A stretch of 53,790 bases of DNA, taken from a virus. Positions 37,879-47,842 of this stretch are shown piece after piece. Both the position numbers and the translations under genes were made by a program. The notes beneath the pieces were generated by a model. That model searched no databases and was not told the origin of the DNA. It was given only the letters and a program-made list of their open reading frames with translations. Where the stretch lies: positions 1 to 53,790 of the IMG/VR virus record IMGVR_UViG_3300045988_119356, one strand, 5' to 3'. Within the stretch, counting starts at the first letter, position 1. The number at the start of each line of letters is the position of its first letter.

Positions 37879-39517
37879 AGATTATCAACAGAACGTTGTC
37901 AACGGAATTTATAACAGTTGGCAGAACGGGAATCGCAATGTATGTGCGGTGTTGTCAACAGGCGGTGGCAAGACTCAAATATTTTCCTCAATAGTTGCAG
38001 ACTTTACAAAACAAAATAGACATTGCGCGATTGTTGCACATCGAAACGAGTTAGTATCTCAAGCATCTTGTACACTTGCTCAGTGGAATATTAAACATCG
38101 TATAATTGCTTCTAATAGCACTATCGCTCAAATAACTCGTAAACACCGTGCTAAGTTCGGTAAATCGTTTGTATCACCGACAGAGCTTACAGCGGTCATT
38201 GGTGTTGATACACTTATTAGCCGTTACGAATCGTTGAAAGCTTGGGCGGAACAAATAAGTTTATGGGTTCAGGATGAAAATCAACACCTTTTGAAAAATA
38301 ATAAATGGGGTAAAGCTATCGGTATGTTTAAAAATGCTTATGGTTTGGGTGTTACAGCTACCCCATGTCGCGCGGATGGTCAAGGAATCGGTAGTATTGC
38401 TGATGGTTTTATGGATGATATGGTCATCGGACCGACAATGCGTTCTTTAATTGACCGAGGATTTTTAGCGGATTATGAAATTCTTTGCCCTAAATCTGAC
38501 TTAAAAGTCGACGATTCGCAATTATCTGCAAACGGCGATTGGTCAAATCAAACACTTCGCAAAGCCGCTAAAAAATCTAAAATTGTCGGTGATGTTGTGC
38601 AAAATTATATCAAATATGCTTTCAATCGTAAAGCTATTGTATTTGCTACCGATGTTGAAACCGCTAATGAAATTTCAAAAGATTTTAACGAACATGGAAT
38701 AAAAGCGGTATCGTTGAACGGAACTTCACAAGCATCGTATCGTGAACAGTCGTTAGAATTGTTTTACGCTGGTGATATTAAAGTTCTTGTCAACGTTGAC
38801 CTCTTCGACGAAGGGTTCTCGGTCGATGATTGTGATGTGGTTATTATGGCACGTCCTACCGCTTCTCTCGGTAAATACCTACAAATTTGCGGCCGCGCTT
38901 TACGCCCGGCACCTGGAAAAACCGCTCTTATCATTGACCACGTTAGCAACGTTATCAGACATGGTTTGCCGGATATGCCTCGTGAGTGGTCGCTTGATAG
39001 ACGGCAAAAAAAAGCTAAGCAGGTTAAAGACCCTGATGAAATCGAGCTTACAGTTTGCAAAAATTGTTTGAAACCCTATGAAAAGTTTAGAACTGTTTGC
39101 CCGTATTGCGGTACCGAACCACCACTGCCAGAACCACGTTCTCGCAGTATTGAAATGGTTGAAGGTGATTTAATATTGCTTGACCGTGCAGCTTTGGAAC
39201 GTATGCGTCGCGGAACGATGTTAGAAGCTCCAGGAAGTGTTGCCGAGAGAGTTGCCAAAGTTGCCGGACCGATAGCCGCTAAAGGTGTGGCGAATCGGCA
39301 AATAGAAAAAATAGCAGCCCAAGGAGAGTTGAAAGATGCTATTGCTCAGTGGGCCGCAATCGAACGTTCTAGGGGTTTCAGTGACAGAGAGATTTATAAG
39401 CGTTTTTATCTGTCAACAGGTATGGACGTGTTGACAGCGTTGGACGGATCGAGAAGCCGTCAAGATTATTTAACAACAGCAGAAAGAGTTAGGGGATGGT
39501 ATAAAAATGACAGATAA
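37862..39517 (+). CDS. SF2 DNA helicase with a C-terminal zinc ribbon
   Basis: Walker A STGGGKTQ, a DExH-like VQDENQH, and CKNCL...CPYCG. Confidence 0.7.
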   Translation: MLITLRDYQQNVVNGIYNSWQNGNRNVCAVLSTGGGKTQIFSSIVADFTKQNRHCAIVAHRNELVSQASCTLAQWNIKHRIIASNSTIAQITRKHRAKFGKSFVSPTELTAVIGVDTLISRYESLKAWAEQISLWVQDENQHLLKNNKWGKAIGMFKNAYGLGVTATPCRADGQGIGSIADGFMDDMVIGPTMRSLIDRGFLADYEILCPKSDLKVDDSQLSANGDWSNQTLRKAAKKSKIVGDVVQNYIKYAFNRKAIVFATDVETANEISKDFNEHGIKAVSLNGTSQASYREQSLELFYAGDIKVLVNVDLFDEGFSVDDCDVVIMARPTASLGKYLQICGRALRPAPGKTALIIDHVSNVIRHGLPDMPREWSLDRRQKKAKQVKDPDEIELTVCKNCLKPYEKFRTVCPYCGTEPPLPEPRSRSIEMVEGDLILLDRAALERMRRGTMLEAPGSVAERVAKVAGPIAAKGVANRQIEKIAAQGELKDAIAQWAAIERSRGFSDREIYKRFYLSTGMDVLTALDGSRSRQDYLTTAERVRGWYKNDR

Positions 39518-39716
39518 ACAACAGTTAATCGATGAGTATGCAGAATTTTTAATCTATAACGGTTTTGATATTGAAGGTATGGGTTATCAACTCAAGGGAT
39601 TAAAAGTTGAAAAGGTTAATAAAGAGGATTTACAAGAGGCTTTTGAGCTTATCGACGAGATAAATAAAAAAACTCAAGAATTTAAGTCTAAGTTTTACGA
39701 GGTGCAAGATGGCTAA
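39507..39716 (+). CDS. Hypothetical small protein
   Basis: 69 aa. Confidence 0.35.
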   Translation: MTDKQQLIDEYAEFLIYNGFDIEGMGYQLKGLKVEKVNKEDLQEAFELIDEINKKTQEFKSKFYEVQDG

Positions 39717-39900
39717 CATAATTGAAGCTGTAATTGTTATTATAGTAGTTACGATTTTAGGTTTTTTGGCAATAGATAAGGTTATATCTGATAATATAAA
39801 CAAAAGCAAAGAATACGAAAAGCGACTTGAAGAATGTTTTAAACAAGAACCGAGAACCAAGGACTGCGAATTTGTTTTATGGAGGCACGAGAATAGGTGA
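39709..39900 (+). CDS. Small membrane protein
   Basis: 63 aa with an N-terminal TM segment. Confidence 0.35.
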   Translation: MANIIEAVIVIIVVTILGFLAIDKVISDNINKSKEYEKRLEECFKQEPRTKDCEFVLWRHENR

Positions 39901-40121
39901 GGTGCATGATGACAATAGATGAGTTTAAGAAAAACATAGCTCCGTATATGCAAAAAGGCTATGTTTTTATGAACGAGAACGGCGGTTGGATGTATTGCCA
40001 AAACAGGCCAGAATTATTTTCCGATAAAGGTTATTGGTCTGACAATGGATTGGAGGATTGGCTTCCGTTCGACATCGAGCCTGTGGATAACTGGCAAGAA
40101 TCATTAATTGAGGTAGTGTAA
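39897..40121 (+). CDS. Hypothetical small protein
   Basis: 74 aa. Confidence 0.35.
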   Translation: MRCMMTIDEFKKNIAPYMQKGYVFMNENGGWMYCQNRPELFSDKGYWSDNGLEDWLPFDIEPVDNWQESLIEVV

Positions 40122-40291
40122 TGAGCGATAAAGAAAAATTAATAATAATATCGGATTTATCTTTTGCGGCTCGTAATTATATATCGGATGCTATCAGAGG
40201 GGTAATAGAAACCGATGAAGCTTTAAGAGTTGCCGATTCGTTATTAACAGCCGTAGTTTATGTGAAAAATTATGAGGTGCCCAATGCGTGA
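40121..40291 (+). CDS. Hypothetical mini-protein of 56 aa
   Basis: ATGA-coupled. It is not in the ORF track because it is under 60 aa. Confidence 0.25.
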   Translation: MSDKEKLIIISDLSFAARNYISDAIRGVIETDEALRVADSLLTAVVYVKNYEVPNA

Positions 40292-40673
40292 GTCAGCAGT
40301 AACATCACACGTCCGTTTAGCGGCTGCAAAACTTAACGTAACACTTTGGCGTAATAACTGTGGTGGCTTTTATGATAACACCGGGCGATTTATTAGATAT
40401 GGACTGGGTTCAGAAGCTCAGTTAGCATCTAGCGACTTTATCGGCATCCGCCCGGTGCTCATAACGCCTGATATGGTCGGTCAAGTATTAGGGGTGTTTA
40501 CAGCCGTTGAAATGAAAACAGAGGGTTTTAAATTTAACAAAAATGATAAACACCTCTTGAATCAAAAAAATTTTATTGATATTGTTAACCAGTATGGAGG
40601 GTTTGCAGGATTTGCAAGCTCGGTTGAAGATTTTTACAGGATTATAAGATATGCAGAGAACAACAAACGTTAA
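40284..40673 (+). CDS. VRR-NUC domain nuclease
   Basis: SDFIGI...VFTAVEMK matches the PD-(D/E)XK VRR-NUC pattern. RBS GAGGTG. Confidence 0.6.
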   Translation: MRESAVTSHVRLAAAKLNVTLWRNNCGGFYDNTGRFIRYGLGSEAQLASSDFIGIRPVLITPDMVGQVLGVFTAVEMKTEGFKFNKNDKHLLNQKNFIDIVNQYGGFAGFASSVEDFYRIIRYAENNKR

Positions 40674-40932
40674 AGGCGAACAGACAAAAGAGGAAATTCT
40701 AAAAGCTGGTTTGGAGCTTTGGCCGAATGTTACACCGTCCACGATTGCAGCAAAATTAGGTATTACGCACGCTGCTGTTTTGTATCATTTTCCGAACATT
40801 AAAGAAGCAGTAGCTCAATATGCTGTTGAAACTGATTGCAGCCCTGTAATTGTTCAGATGCTGGCAACTAATCATAAATTGGTTAAAGATATGCCGGCCG
40901 CTGAGCGTTTACGGCATTTTAGTTCGTTATAA
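40651..40932 (+). CDS. Hypothetical protein
   Basis: 93 aa. Confidence 0.35.
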   Translation: MQRTTNVKGEQTKEEILKAGLELWPNVTPSTIAAKLGITHAAVLYHFPNIKEAVAQYAVETDCSPVIVQMLATNHKLVKDMPAAERLRHFSSL

Positions 40933-41001
40933 GGCTGGGAGTGGATGCGATGAGAGATCACCGGTGCTTATTCGCCTTAATATTCACACCATCCCCGATT
41001 T

Positions 41002-41571
41002 TTAAATCCATATAATTTCCGGTCGACCTGTAAAATCTCGTTCCCATATAAACCAAGCGTAACAAACAGCGCTACTCTCATTTTTCGGAAAAAGCCCGTT
41101 TTTGCTGGACGGGATACGTTCGCTAAAAACACAAACGTAACGTGGTGGATGTTTTTCGAAAAATTTACGACGTGTTGCCGATTCTAAAAATCTTATATTG
41201 AGAAAATGACAAGCTATCGGTGCAATCTGTATGGACTTCTCAACGAACTGTAACGCTGCGGAATAAGGCGGATTTGTGATAACAGCATCAAACCCGAGAT
41301 TGTCGTAAGCGGTTGGCTGCAAGAAGTCAACGCCACCAACACCATAACCTCTGTCGATAAGGTCGGTAGAGATGACGGTGTGGCCGTAAATTTGCAACGG
41401 TTCGGAGAGGTGGCCGCGCCCTGCGGCGCACTCCCAGATAAATTTACCGCCGTTCTCCCAACCGAGAACTTTAAGAAGCGGTGGAATTGCGGACGGGTGT
41501 GTGGCGTAAAAATCATGTTCTTCACGCTCTTCACCCTTTTTACGATGTAAACCGTGCATGTTACCTGTCAT
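41002..41571 (-). CDS. DNA N6-adenine methyltransferase (NPPY motif)
   Basis: VITNPPYSAAL (motif IV) and ECAAGRGHL (AdoMet-binding site). Confidence 0.65.
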   Translation of the reverse strand: MTGNMHGLHRKKGEEREEHDFYATHPSAIPPLLKVLGWENGGKFIWECAAGRGHLSEPLQIYGHTVISTDLIDRGYGVGGVDFLQPTAYDNLGFDAVITNPPYSAALQFVEKSIQIAPIACHFLNIRFLESATRRKFFEKHPPRYVCVFSERIPSSKNGLFPKNESSAVCYAWFIWERDFTGRPEIIWI

Positions 41572-41592
41572 TTTCCCACCTTAACTTTCTTA

Positions 41593-41793
41593 TTATTTAT
41601 AAATTGTTAAAAGTGTTATAATGCTATCAAAAGCATCTTTGTCCCAATGGTCTTTTTTAAGATATTCAAGTCTTGAAATAATACCAGCTTGTTCAAAATT
41701 ACGTTTATAGCAAGCGAAAGCTTCTTTAATGTATTCATCTTTTAATTTTCTAAGTTCTTCATCTGTCAGTATGTTTAAACCAAGTATTTTCAT
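41593..41793 (-). CDS. Hypothetical small protein
   Basis: 66 aa. Confidence 0.35.
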   Translation of the reverse strand: MKILGLNILTDEELRKLKDEYIKEAFACYKRNFEQAGIISRLEYLKKDHWDKDAFDSIITLLTIYK

Positions 41794-42210
41794 TTATACC
41801 TCCTTTAACCACTCCGGTTTGTTTCGATTCGTCCATTTATGCACTGTTGGATTGCTCCGATAACGCTCTAAAAGCCGTTGACAGTTGAGAGCAATATCAG
41901 CTTCGGTAACAGTGTACCATTGGAAATCGTTGTTTTTAACATTTTTATAACAATAACTAAATAAATCGTCATAAGGATAATTGACTTTGAATCCTCTAAA
42001 CTCCATTTCATCACATATCTCTTTATATCTTCTCAATAAATATGCGCTATGATGTCTTGCCCACTTCATGTGCCCTTTACCAAGCAGATAATGCTCAGGT
42101 GCGTCGTCAGTGTTTATAAGTTGTTTGATACATCTAGGCAACTCGCGATATTCCGCAAGTAGCCATAAATCTGACAACCATCGAACCGGTATAACATTAA
42201 CTCTTGTCAT
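41794..42210 (-). CDS. denV: Pyrimidine-dimer DNA glycosylase (T4 endonuclease V / DenV homologue)
   Basis: MTRVNVIPVRWLSDLWLLAEYRELPRC closely parallels the DenV N-terminus MTRINLTLV...LMAEYRELPRV. The size, 138 aa, also matches. Confidence 0.8.
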   Translation of the reverse strand: MTRVNVIPVRWLSDLWLLAEYRELPRCIKQLINTDDAPEHYLLGKGHMKWARHHSAYLLRRYKEICDEMEFRGFKVNYPYDDLFSYCYKNVKNNDFQWYTVTEADIALNCQRLLERYRSNPTVHKWTNRNKPEWLKEV

Positions 42211-42226
42211 AAATCCTCTCAACGTT

Positions 42227-42313
42227 TGGTGGGCGCAATCAGAATCGAACTGATACTCCGCAATTGGAACAAGATTTTAAGTCTTGCGTGTCTACCATTT
42301 CCACCATGCACCC
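42227..42313 (-). tRNA. tRNA-Leu(TAA), type II with a long variable arm and encoded CCA
   Basis: Hand fold of the reverse complement. Acceptor GGGTGCA/TGCGCCC; anticodon arm CAAGA-CTTAAAA-TCTTG; 15-nt variable arm; T-arm ATCAG-TTCGATT-CTGAT. Confidence 0.7.
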
Positions 42314-42448
42314 TCAACTCTATCAACACCCTACGACAGCTTATAATACTTGTCGACACATTTTTACACACATTAACACGAAATTATACTTGACAGGTGA
42401 TATAAGGGGTTGTAGGGTTTTGTTATCTTATTATTTACGAGGTGAGAT

Positions 42449-42634
42449 ATGGATAAAAAAACTTTAAATCTTACAGAGTTAGCCAAGTACATTGGTGTTG
42501 GCAGAAAAACTCTCTATACCATGATACAGGACGGGCGATTCCCCGTTCAACCAATTAAAGGTTTAGAACCTAAACGTTGGAGTGTTGAAAAAGTTAACGA
42601 ATGGATAGAGAGTAAAGAGAATGATAACAATTAA
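42449..42634 (+). CDS. AlpA/Xis-like HTH DNA-binding protein
   Basis: LTELAKYIGVGRKTLYTMIQDGRFP resembles AlpA-family HTH proteins. Confidence 0.55.
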   Translation: MDKKTLNLTELAKYIGVGRKTLYTMIQDGRFPVQPIKGLEPKRWSVEKVNEWIESKENDNN

Positions 42635-44159
42635 TGAATTATTTTCAGGATTAGGAGCACAGATTGCTGCTTTCAAACGTCTTAATATACCTTGTGAAGT
42701 AGTAGGTATTTCAGAAATTGATAAATATGCTATACAATCTTACGAGGCTATAAACGGTCCTACGCGTAATTACGGCGATATAACACAAATCCCTTATTTG
42801 GATTATGCGGATTTATGGACATACTCTTCGCCCTGTCAGGATTTTTCAACGGCCGGAAAACAAAAAGGTATTTATAACGCCGACGGCAGTTTAACACGTT
42901 CGGGATTGTTAAAACACGTTGAAAGATTGCTTGAAACGTCTGTGATGTTAGGCAATCAACCTAAATATTTACTTATGGAAAACGTTAAAGGTTTAGTAAG
43001 TAAAAAATTCAAACCTGATTTTCTTAAATGGTTAGATAAATTAGAACAGTTGGGATATAATAACTATTGGCAAGTTTTGAACGCTAAGGACTATGGTATC
43101 CCTCAAAATAGAGAACGTGTTTTTGTTGTTAGCATCCGTAAAGATGTAGATACCAAAGGTTATAAATTTCCCTCACCTGTACCGCTTGAGAAACGCTTAA
43201 AAGATATGCTCGAACCTTGGGTGGACGTAAAGTATTATTTGAGTGATGATAAGGTTGAGAAATTTGCTAACGCTTTAAATAAAAAAATAGAAAATCAAGA
43301 TATTAGTTATTGTATTGATGCTAACTATTGGAAAGGAACAACACCACAACAATTTTTAAATAAAAATCGCAGACAATTAGTTAAAGAAGTTAGTAACACC
43401 ATTCGTTGTGGTGGTGGTGGTAGCTTGGACGGTAAGCATACATGGGATGTTGTTGTTGAACCTTTTATAGCTGATGATACACAAGGTTTTGACGGTGTTA
43501 GATATTACGATAATTATTCACTGACATTAAGAAGTGAGCGTTCAGGATTAAAAGTGGTTGAACCCTTACAAATAAAAGAAGCAACCCAAAAAGGATATGC
43601 TGAGGCTTATGAGTATGATAGTGTTTCGCTCGATCAGCCTAATAGCAAGACAAGAAGAGGTAGAGTTGGAAAGCAAATATCTAATACTTTGACTTGTTCT
43701 TGTAATATGGGGGTAGTTGAGCCTAAAGTTATTCAAGTTGGAAATATTGTCAACACCGGCAACTGGGATAACCCTCAGAGAGGGCGAATCTATTCGCCCT
43801 CTGGAATCAGCCCCGCTCTCAATACGGTAGGTGGTGGAGGATTAGAACCTAAGATTTTTGAAGAAGGTGTCGGTCTTAATCCTTTATCGAGAAAATTAGA
43901 ATTTAACGGATTTAAAGAAAACTCTCCAAGTTTAAGAGCAACCGATTATAAATGCCCTCATTGCTACTCGGATGGTTACCGTATTCGCAAACTTACGGCA
44001 AGGGAATGCTGGCGTTTGATGGGGTTTACCGACATTGAATTTGATTGTGCAAAATTGTCTGGTGTATCAAACTCACAGCTTTATCGCCAGGCGGGAAATT
44101 CAATCGTGGTAGATGTTTTAGTCGGTATCTTTAAGGAGTTGTTCGATGACAGATTTTAA
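42621..44159 (+). CDS. DNA (cytosine-5) methyltransferase
   Basis: Motif I LFSGLGA, motif IV SSPCQDFS, motif VI ENVKGL, and C-terminal motifs. Confidence 0.85.
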   Translation: MITINELFSGLGAQIAAFKRLNIPCEVVGISEIDKYAIQSYEAINGPTRNYGDITQIPYLDYADLWTYSSPCQDFSTAGKQKGIYNADGSLTRSGLLKHVERLLETSVMLGNQPKYLLMENVKGLVSKKFKPDFLKWLDKLEQLGYNNYWQVLNAKDYGIPQNRERVFVVSIRKDVDTKGYKFPSPVPLEKRLKDMLEPWVDVKYYLSDDKVEKFANALNKKIENQDISYCIDANYWKGTTPQQFLNKNRRQLVKEVSNTIRCGGGGSLDGKHTWDVVVEPFIADDTQGFDGVRYYDNYSLTLRSERSGLKVVEPLQIKEATQKGYAEAYEYDSVSLDQPNSKTRRGRVGKQISNTLTCSCNMGVVEPKVIQVGNIVNTGNWDNPQRGRIYSPSGISPALNTVGGGGLEPKIFEEGVGLNPLSRKLEFNGFKENSPSLRATDYKCPHCYSDGYRIRKLTARECWRLMGFTDIEFDCAKLSGVSNSQLYRQAGNSIVVDVLVGIFKELFDDRF

Positions 44160-46428
44160 CCTTACAACAGCTTATATCACGTCCTTAACCGGCAACCCTA
44201 ACACCGAGTGCGATTGGCGTATTATTAACGACCGCAACGCCGGTGAAATGGGCATTAACCTTCGCGGGTCGCTCACAACCGTTGCAGCTCAATTACAAGC
44301 TTACAACCAACAAGGTTATGGTATTTTTATGACTGTCAACGCTATGAACCCGACAGGCCCTCGCACACTTGAAAACGTTGCTTATACCCGCGCACACGTT
44401 GTTGACCTTGATGATATTATAAGCGCTCAGGACAGTTACAATAGAGCTGTGCAGTCCAATATGCCCCCGCATTTTGCGGTACAATCATCACAAGGAAAAT
44501 TTCACCTTTATTGGCTGGTAGAACCTTATAAAGATAATGATTTTTATAGCTTACAACAACGCAAACTCGTACAACTTTATAATTCAGACCCAAATGTTAT
44601 TGATGCCACTCGAATCCTGCGTGTTCCTGGTTTTTATCATAACAAGCGCGAACCGCAACTTGTAACCTGCTGGGGTATTCACAACGGTCCGAGATATACA
44701 GCGCAACAAATTGCCAATAACCTGGCCACAATCAATATTGTGTCTGTAGGTAGTAAACGTTCGGAGCTCGGTGATCCGAAATTAGCCGCTCCAAACATAA
44801 ATTTGCTCGTGTATGCGTTAAACACCATCGACCCGAATACACTTACTCGCGATGAGTGGATGGCAACGTCAGCAGCTTTTAAACAAGCCGGATGGTCTTT
44901 GACGGATGAAAACACCTTGCATAATTTATGGTTGCAATGGTGCGAAAAATATAAAGACGACAACAAGTCTGAAAATCTTAAAATGTGGGCGTCGTTCAAA
45001 GATACTCAGGTTGGTTGGTCGCGTTTTTGTCGTTTGGTGCCGGAAGTGTTGGCAATACAATATTTCGGTCAACCGTCGACAACCACTTCACCTGCACCAG
45101 CGACAACGCCAGAACCATGCGAGATGAATAACCTGCCGGAAATTCTGGACGCTACTGCAAAACAAATATGGTTTAAAAACTGTTTCTTTGTTGAAAGCGA
45201 AGGCAAAATTTTCTCACCGACTGGACGCTTTATGAATCAAGTACAATTCAACGGTCGTTACGGTGGTAAAGAGTTTACACTTAAAAATAACGGCGGAAAA
45301 CTAACCGACGAAGCGTGGAAAGCTGCTTTGCGTTCGGTTGATTGGTGCATACCAAAAGTGGACCATTGTCGATTCTTACCACAAGAAGCAAGTTTTAGCG
45401 TGATATTAGATGATATGGGGCGTAAAGGTTTAAACACTTATATTCCGGCAAAAATTAAAACTGTTGAAGGTGATATCAGCCGTTGGAAGGATTATTTAAC
45501 AAGAATTTTCAATACACCTGAGGATATTAAAATCTTTGAGGATTATGTTGCACATTGCATTAAATTTCCCGGTTGGAAAATTCCGTGGTCTGTGCTGTTA
45601 CAGTCCGCAAAAGGTATCGGTAAACAAATGATAAGCGATATTATCAAACACGCTGTCGGTGAGCCTTATACGTATCAACCGGACGCTGAAGAACTTGTTA
45701 GTGGTGTCAGTCAGTTTAATGGCTGGATGCGCAATAAATTGATGATTTTGGTTGATGAAGTGCGAGTTGGTGACCGTAATGACCTTATGAACGGGTTAAA
45801 AACAATTATTACCGACCGTCGAATCGCAATTGAATCGAAAGGTGTCGATCAGGAAATGGAGGATAACGTTGCTAACTGGATATTCTTCAGTAACTTTAAA
45901 GACGCTTTCCCGATTGATGAAAACGAACGCCGTTATTGTATTTTTTACAGTAAATTGCAGTCCGCTCTTCAAATTGAAGAAGCTGGTTTGAATAAAGACT
46001 TTTTTGATGGTATGTATCATTGGCTTGAGTGCGAACAAGGTTTTGAAAAACTCGCTTGGTATTATTTGCATTATCCGATTGAGCGCGGTTCATTACCACA
46101 CAGAGCTCCACACACATCATCTTATGAAGAAGTTATACGTATCGGTCGTAGCCCGTTACGTGTTATACTGGACGATAAAATTAACGCTGGTGAGCGTGGT
46201 TTTCGTGGCGGGTATGTCAGCTATGTTATGTTCCAGAAAGCTGTTGCTGAGAGTTCTATGCGCAATAAACCGCTTGAGCATACTCTTAAATCAATCATCG
46301 AAGGAAAAGGTTATCATGAGCTTGGATATACAAAAGCGCCTGTTCCTGGTGAAGATTTGAAACAACCAAGCTTAATATTCGGTTTGAAGGGTTTAAGTGT
46401 TGATGGATATGAAGGAGCGCAAAATTGA
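44146..46428 (+). CDS. Primase-helicase (D5/SF3-like)
   Basis: 760 aa. Walker A KGIGKQ, Walker B ILVDEV, and an N-terminal primase-like region. Confidence 0.55.
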   Translation: MTDFNLTTAYITSLTGNPNTECDWRIINDRNAGEMGINLRGSLTTVAAQLQAYNQQGYGIFMTVNAMNPTGPRTLENVAYTRAHVVDLDDIISAQDSYNRAVQSNMPPHFAVQSSQGKFHLYWLVEPYKDNDFYSLQQRKLVQLYNSDPNVIDATRILRVPGFYHNKREPQLVTCWGIHNGPRYTAQQIANNLATINIVSVGSKRSELGDPKLAAPNINLLVYALNTIDPNTLTRDEWMATSAAFKQAGWSLTDENTLHNLWLQWCEKYKDDNKSENLKMWASFKDTQVGWSRFCRLVPEVLAIQYFGQPSTTTSPAPATTPEPCEMNNLPEILDATAKQIWFKNCFFVESEGKIFSPTGRFMNQVQFNGRYGGKEFTLKNNGGKLTDEAWKAALRSVDWCIPKVDHCRFLPQEASFSVILDDMGRKGLNTYIPAKIKTVEGDISRWKDYLTRIFNTPEDIKIFEDYVAHCIKFPGWKIPWSVLLQSAKGIGKQMISDIIKHAVGEPYTYQPDAEELVSGVSQFNGWMRNKLMILVDEVRVGDRNDLMNGLKTIITDRRIAIESKGVDQEMEDNVANWIFFSNFKDAFPIDENERRYCIFYSKLQSALQIEEAGLNKDFFDGMYHWLECEQGFEKLAWYYLHYPIERGSLPHRAPHTSSYEEVIRIGRSPLRVILDDKINAGERGFRGGYVSYVMFQKAVAESSMRNKPLEHTLKSIIEGKGYHELGYTKAPVPGEDLKQPSLIFGLKGLSVDGYEGAQN

Positions 46429-47180
46429 GTAATATAGAATTATACTGGGGCGACTGTCTTAAAATCATGGACGGATTAATTGCAGACGGTGTTAAGGTTG
46501 ATGCAATTATTACTGACCCTCCGTATGGTACAACAGCGTGCAAGTGGGACAGCGTGATTCCGTTTGAAGAGATGTGGAAAAGGTTGAAAGCTTTAAGAAA
46601 GGATAATACACCTATCGTTTTATTCGGGAGTGAACCTTTTAGTTCTTATTTGAGAATGTCTAATATAAAAGAATATAAATATGATTGGTATTGGGAAAAA
46701 ACTCAAGCAACCGGTTTTTTTAATGCCAAAAAACAACCTATGAGGTGTATAGAAAACATAAACGTTTTTTATAAAAAACAATCTTTATTTAATTTTATAA
46801 AAACTTTCGGGCATAAGCCGATAAATTCATTTACTAAATATCTGAGAACAGTTAATAAAACAGAAGTTTACGGTAAATGCAATAAAGAAATTTCAGGTGG
46901 TGGAAATACAGATAGATACCCAAGACAACTTTTAACTTTTTCAAGTGATAAACAAAGTAATTATTTACACCCCACCCAAAAGCCTCTTGCTCTTATGGAA
47001 TATCTTGTAAAAACCTACACAAACGAGGGTGATACAGTGCTGGACTTTACAATGGACTCCGGTACAACCGGTGTAGCATGCAAGAATCTCAACCGCAATT
47101 TTATCGGTATAGAGTTAGACCTCAATTACTATATGATAGCACAGGAGCGGATAAATAAAAACCCCTCTCAACGCCAGTGA
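46425..47180 (+). CDS. DNA methyltransferase (N6-adenine or N4-cytosine, DPPY motif)
   Basis: IITDPPYGT (motif IV) and C-terminal SGTTGVA (motif I) show the beta-class motif order. Confidence 0.8.
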   Translation: MSNIELYWGDCLKIMDGLIADGVKVDAIITDPPYGTTACKWDSVIPFEEMWKRLKALRKDNTPIVLFGSEPFSSYLRMSNIKEYKYDWYWEKTQATGFFNAKKQPMRCIENINVFYKKQSLFNFIKTFGHKPINSFTKYLRTVNKTEVYGKCNKEISGGGNTDRYPRQLLTFSSDKQSNYLHPTQKPLALMEYLVKTYTNEGDTVLDFTMDSGTTGVACKNLNRNFIGIELDLNYYMIAQERINKNPSQRQ

Positions 47181-47442
47181 ACATCGAGAGGGGTACAAAC
47201 GTTCGAGGATTCGAAGAACATTTATGTAATTATATTAACACGTGTTAACGATGTTGTCAAGGTTAAAATTGTGCGGTATCGCCATTCATTCGGAAAATGA
47301 ACTGTTACCTGAAACTTGAACCTTTGTAGGCTGGTCGATTATAGCACCCGCACAATGCTTCGAAAGAAGTAGTAACAGGATAGAATTAAGCTGGAATATT
47401 TTATCTCCCTACGCCCTCCAGCTCCGCTCTATCTACGTTATT

Positions 47443-47607
47443 TCAAGCCGTAAGGGAAGGCTCAAAATTTTTGCAATCATCAAAACTAGCATAGGACTGG
47501 CGGTTTGGGTTGTTTTTAAGCCATTCTTTCTCTTCGTCTGTTAACTTCCGCCAACATTTTGCAACGCACAGGCACGTGCAAACCGTAAAATCAAGGCTTC
47601 TACTCAT
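47443..47607 (-). CDS. Cys-containing mini-protein of 54 aa (tentative)
   Basis: ORF MSRSLDFTVCTCLCVAKCWRK...; under 60 aa. Confidence 0.2.
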   Translation of the reverse strand: MSRSLDFTVCTCLCVAKCWRKLTDEEKEWLKNNPNRQSYASFDDCKNFEPSLTA

Positions 47608-47842
47608 TGCTTTGCTCCCATGCAGATATTGGTAATGGCTCGCCTCGTTTATTTGATTCGCACCAAAGCCACTCCCATTTTTTAGCTTCGTTTTTTATAA
47701 TCTCTATTGCCTCAGGTGATATTTCGGCTTTTCCCAATTCAAGAAAATATAAGACAGATGACCAAGCGGCATATCTACCATATAATCCGCCTAAATTAAA
47801 ATTTTTAATTTTTTCTTCGTCATATATTCCGGTACTCATCAT
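47600..47842 (-). CDS. Hypothetical protein
   Basis: 80 aa, Trp-rich, with an RBS GAGGAATGA. Confidence 0.4.
   Translation of the reverse strand: MMSTGIYDEEKIKNFNLGGLYGRYAAWSSVLYFLELGKAEISPEAIEIIKNEAKKWEWLWCESNKRGEPLPISAWEQSNE

Noticed and set aside
42264-42467. 67-aa plus-strand ORF
   Set aside because: It overlaps the minus-strand tRNA-Leu and the promoter region of the 42449 gene, with no RBS.
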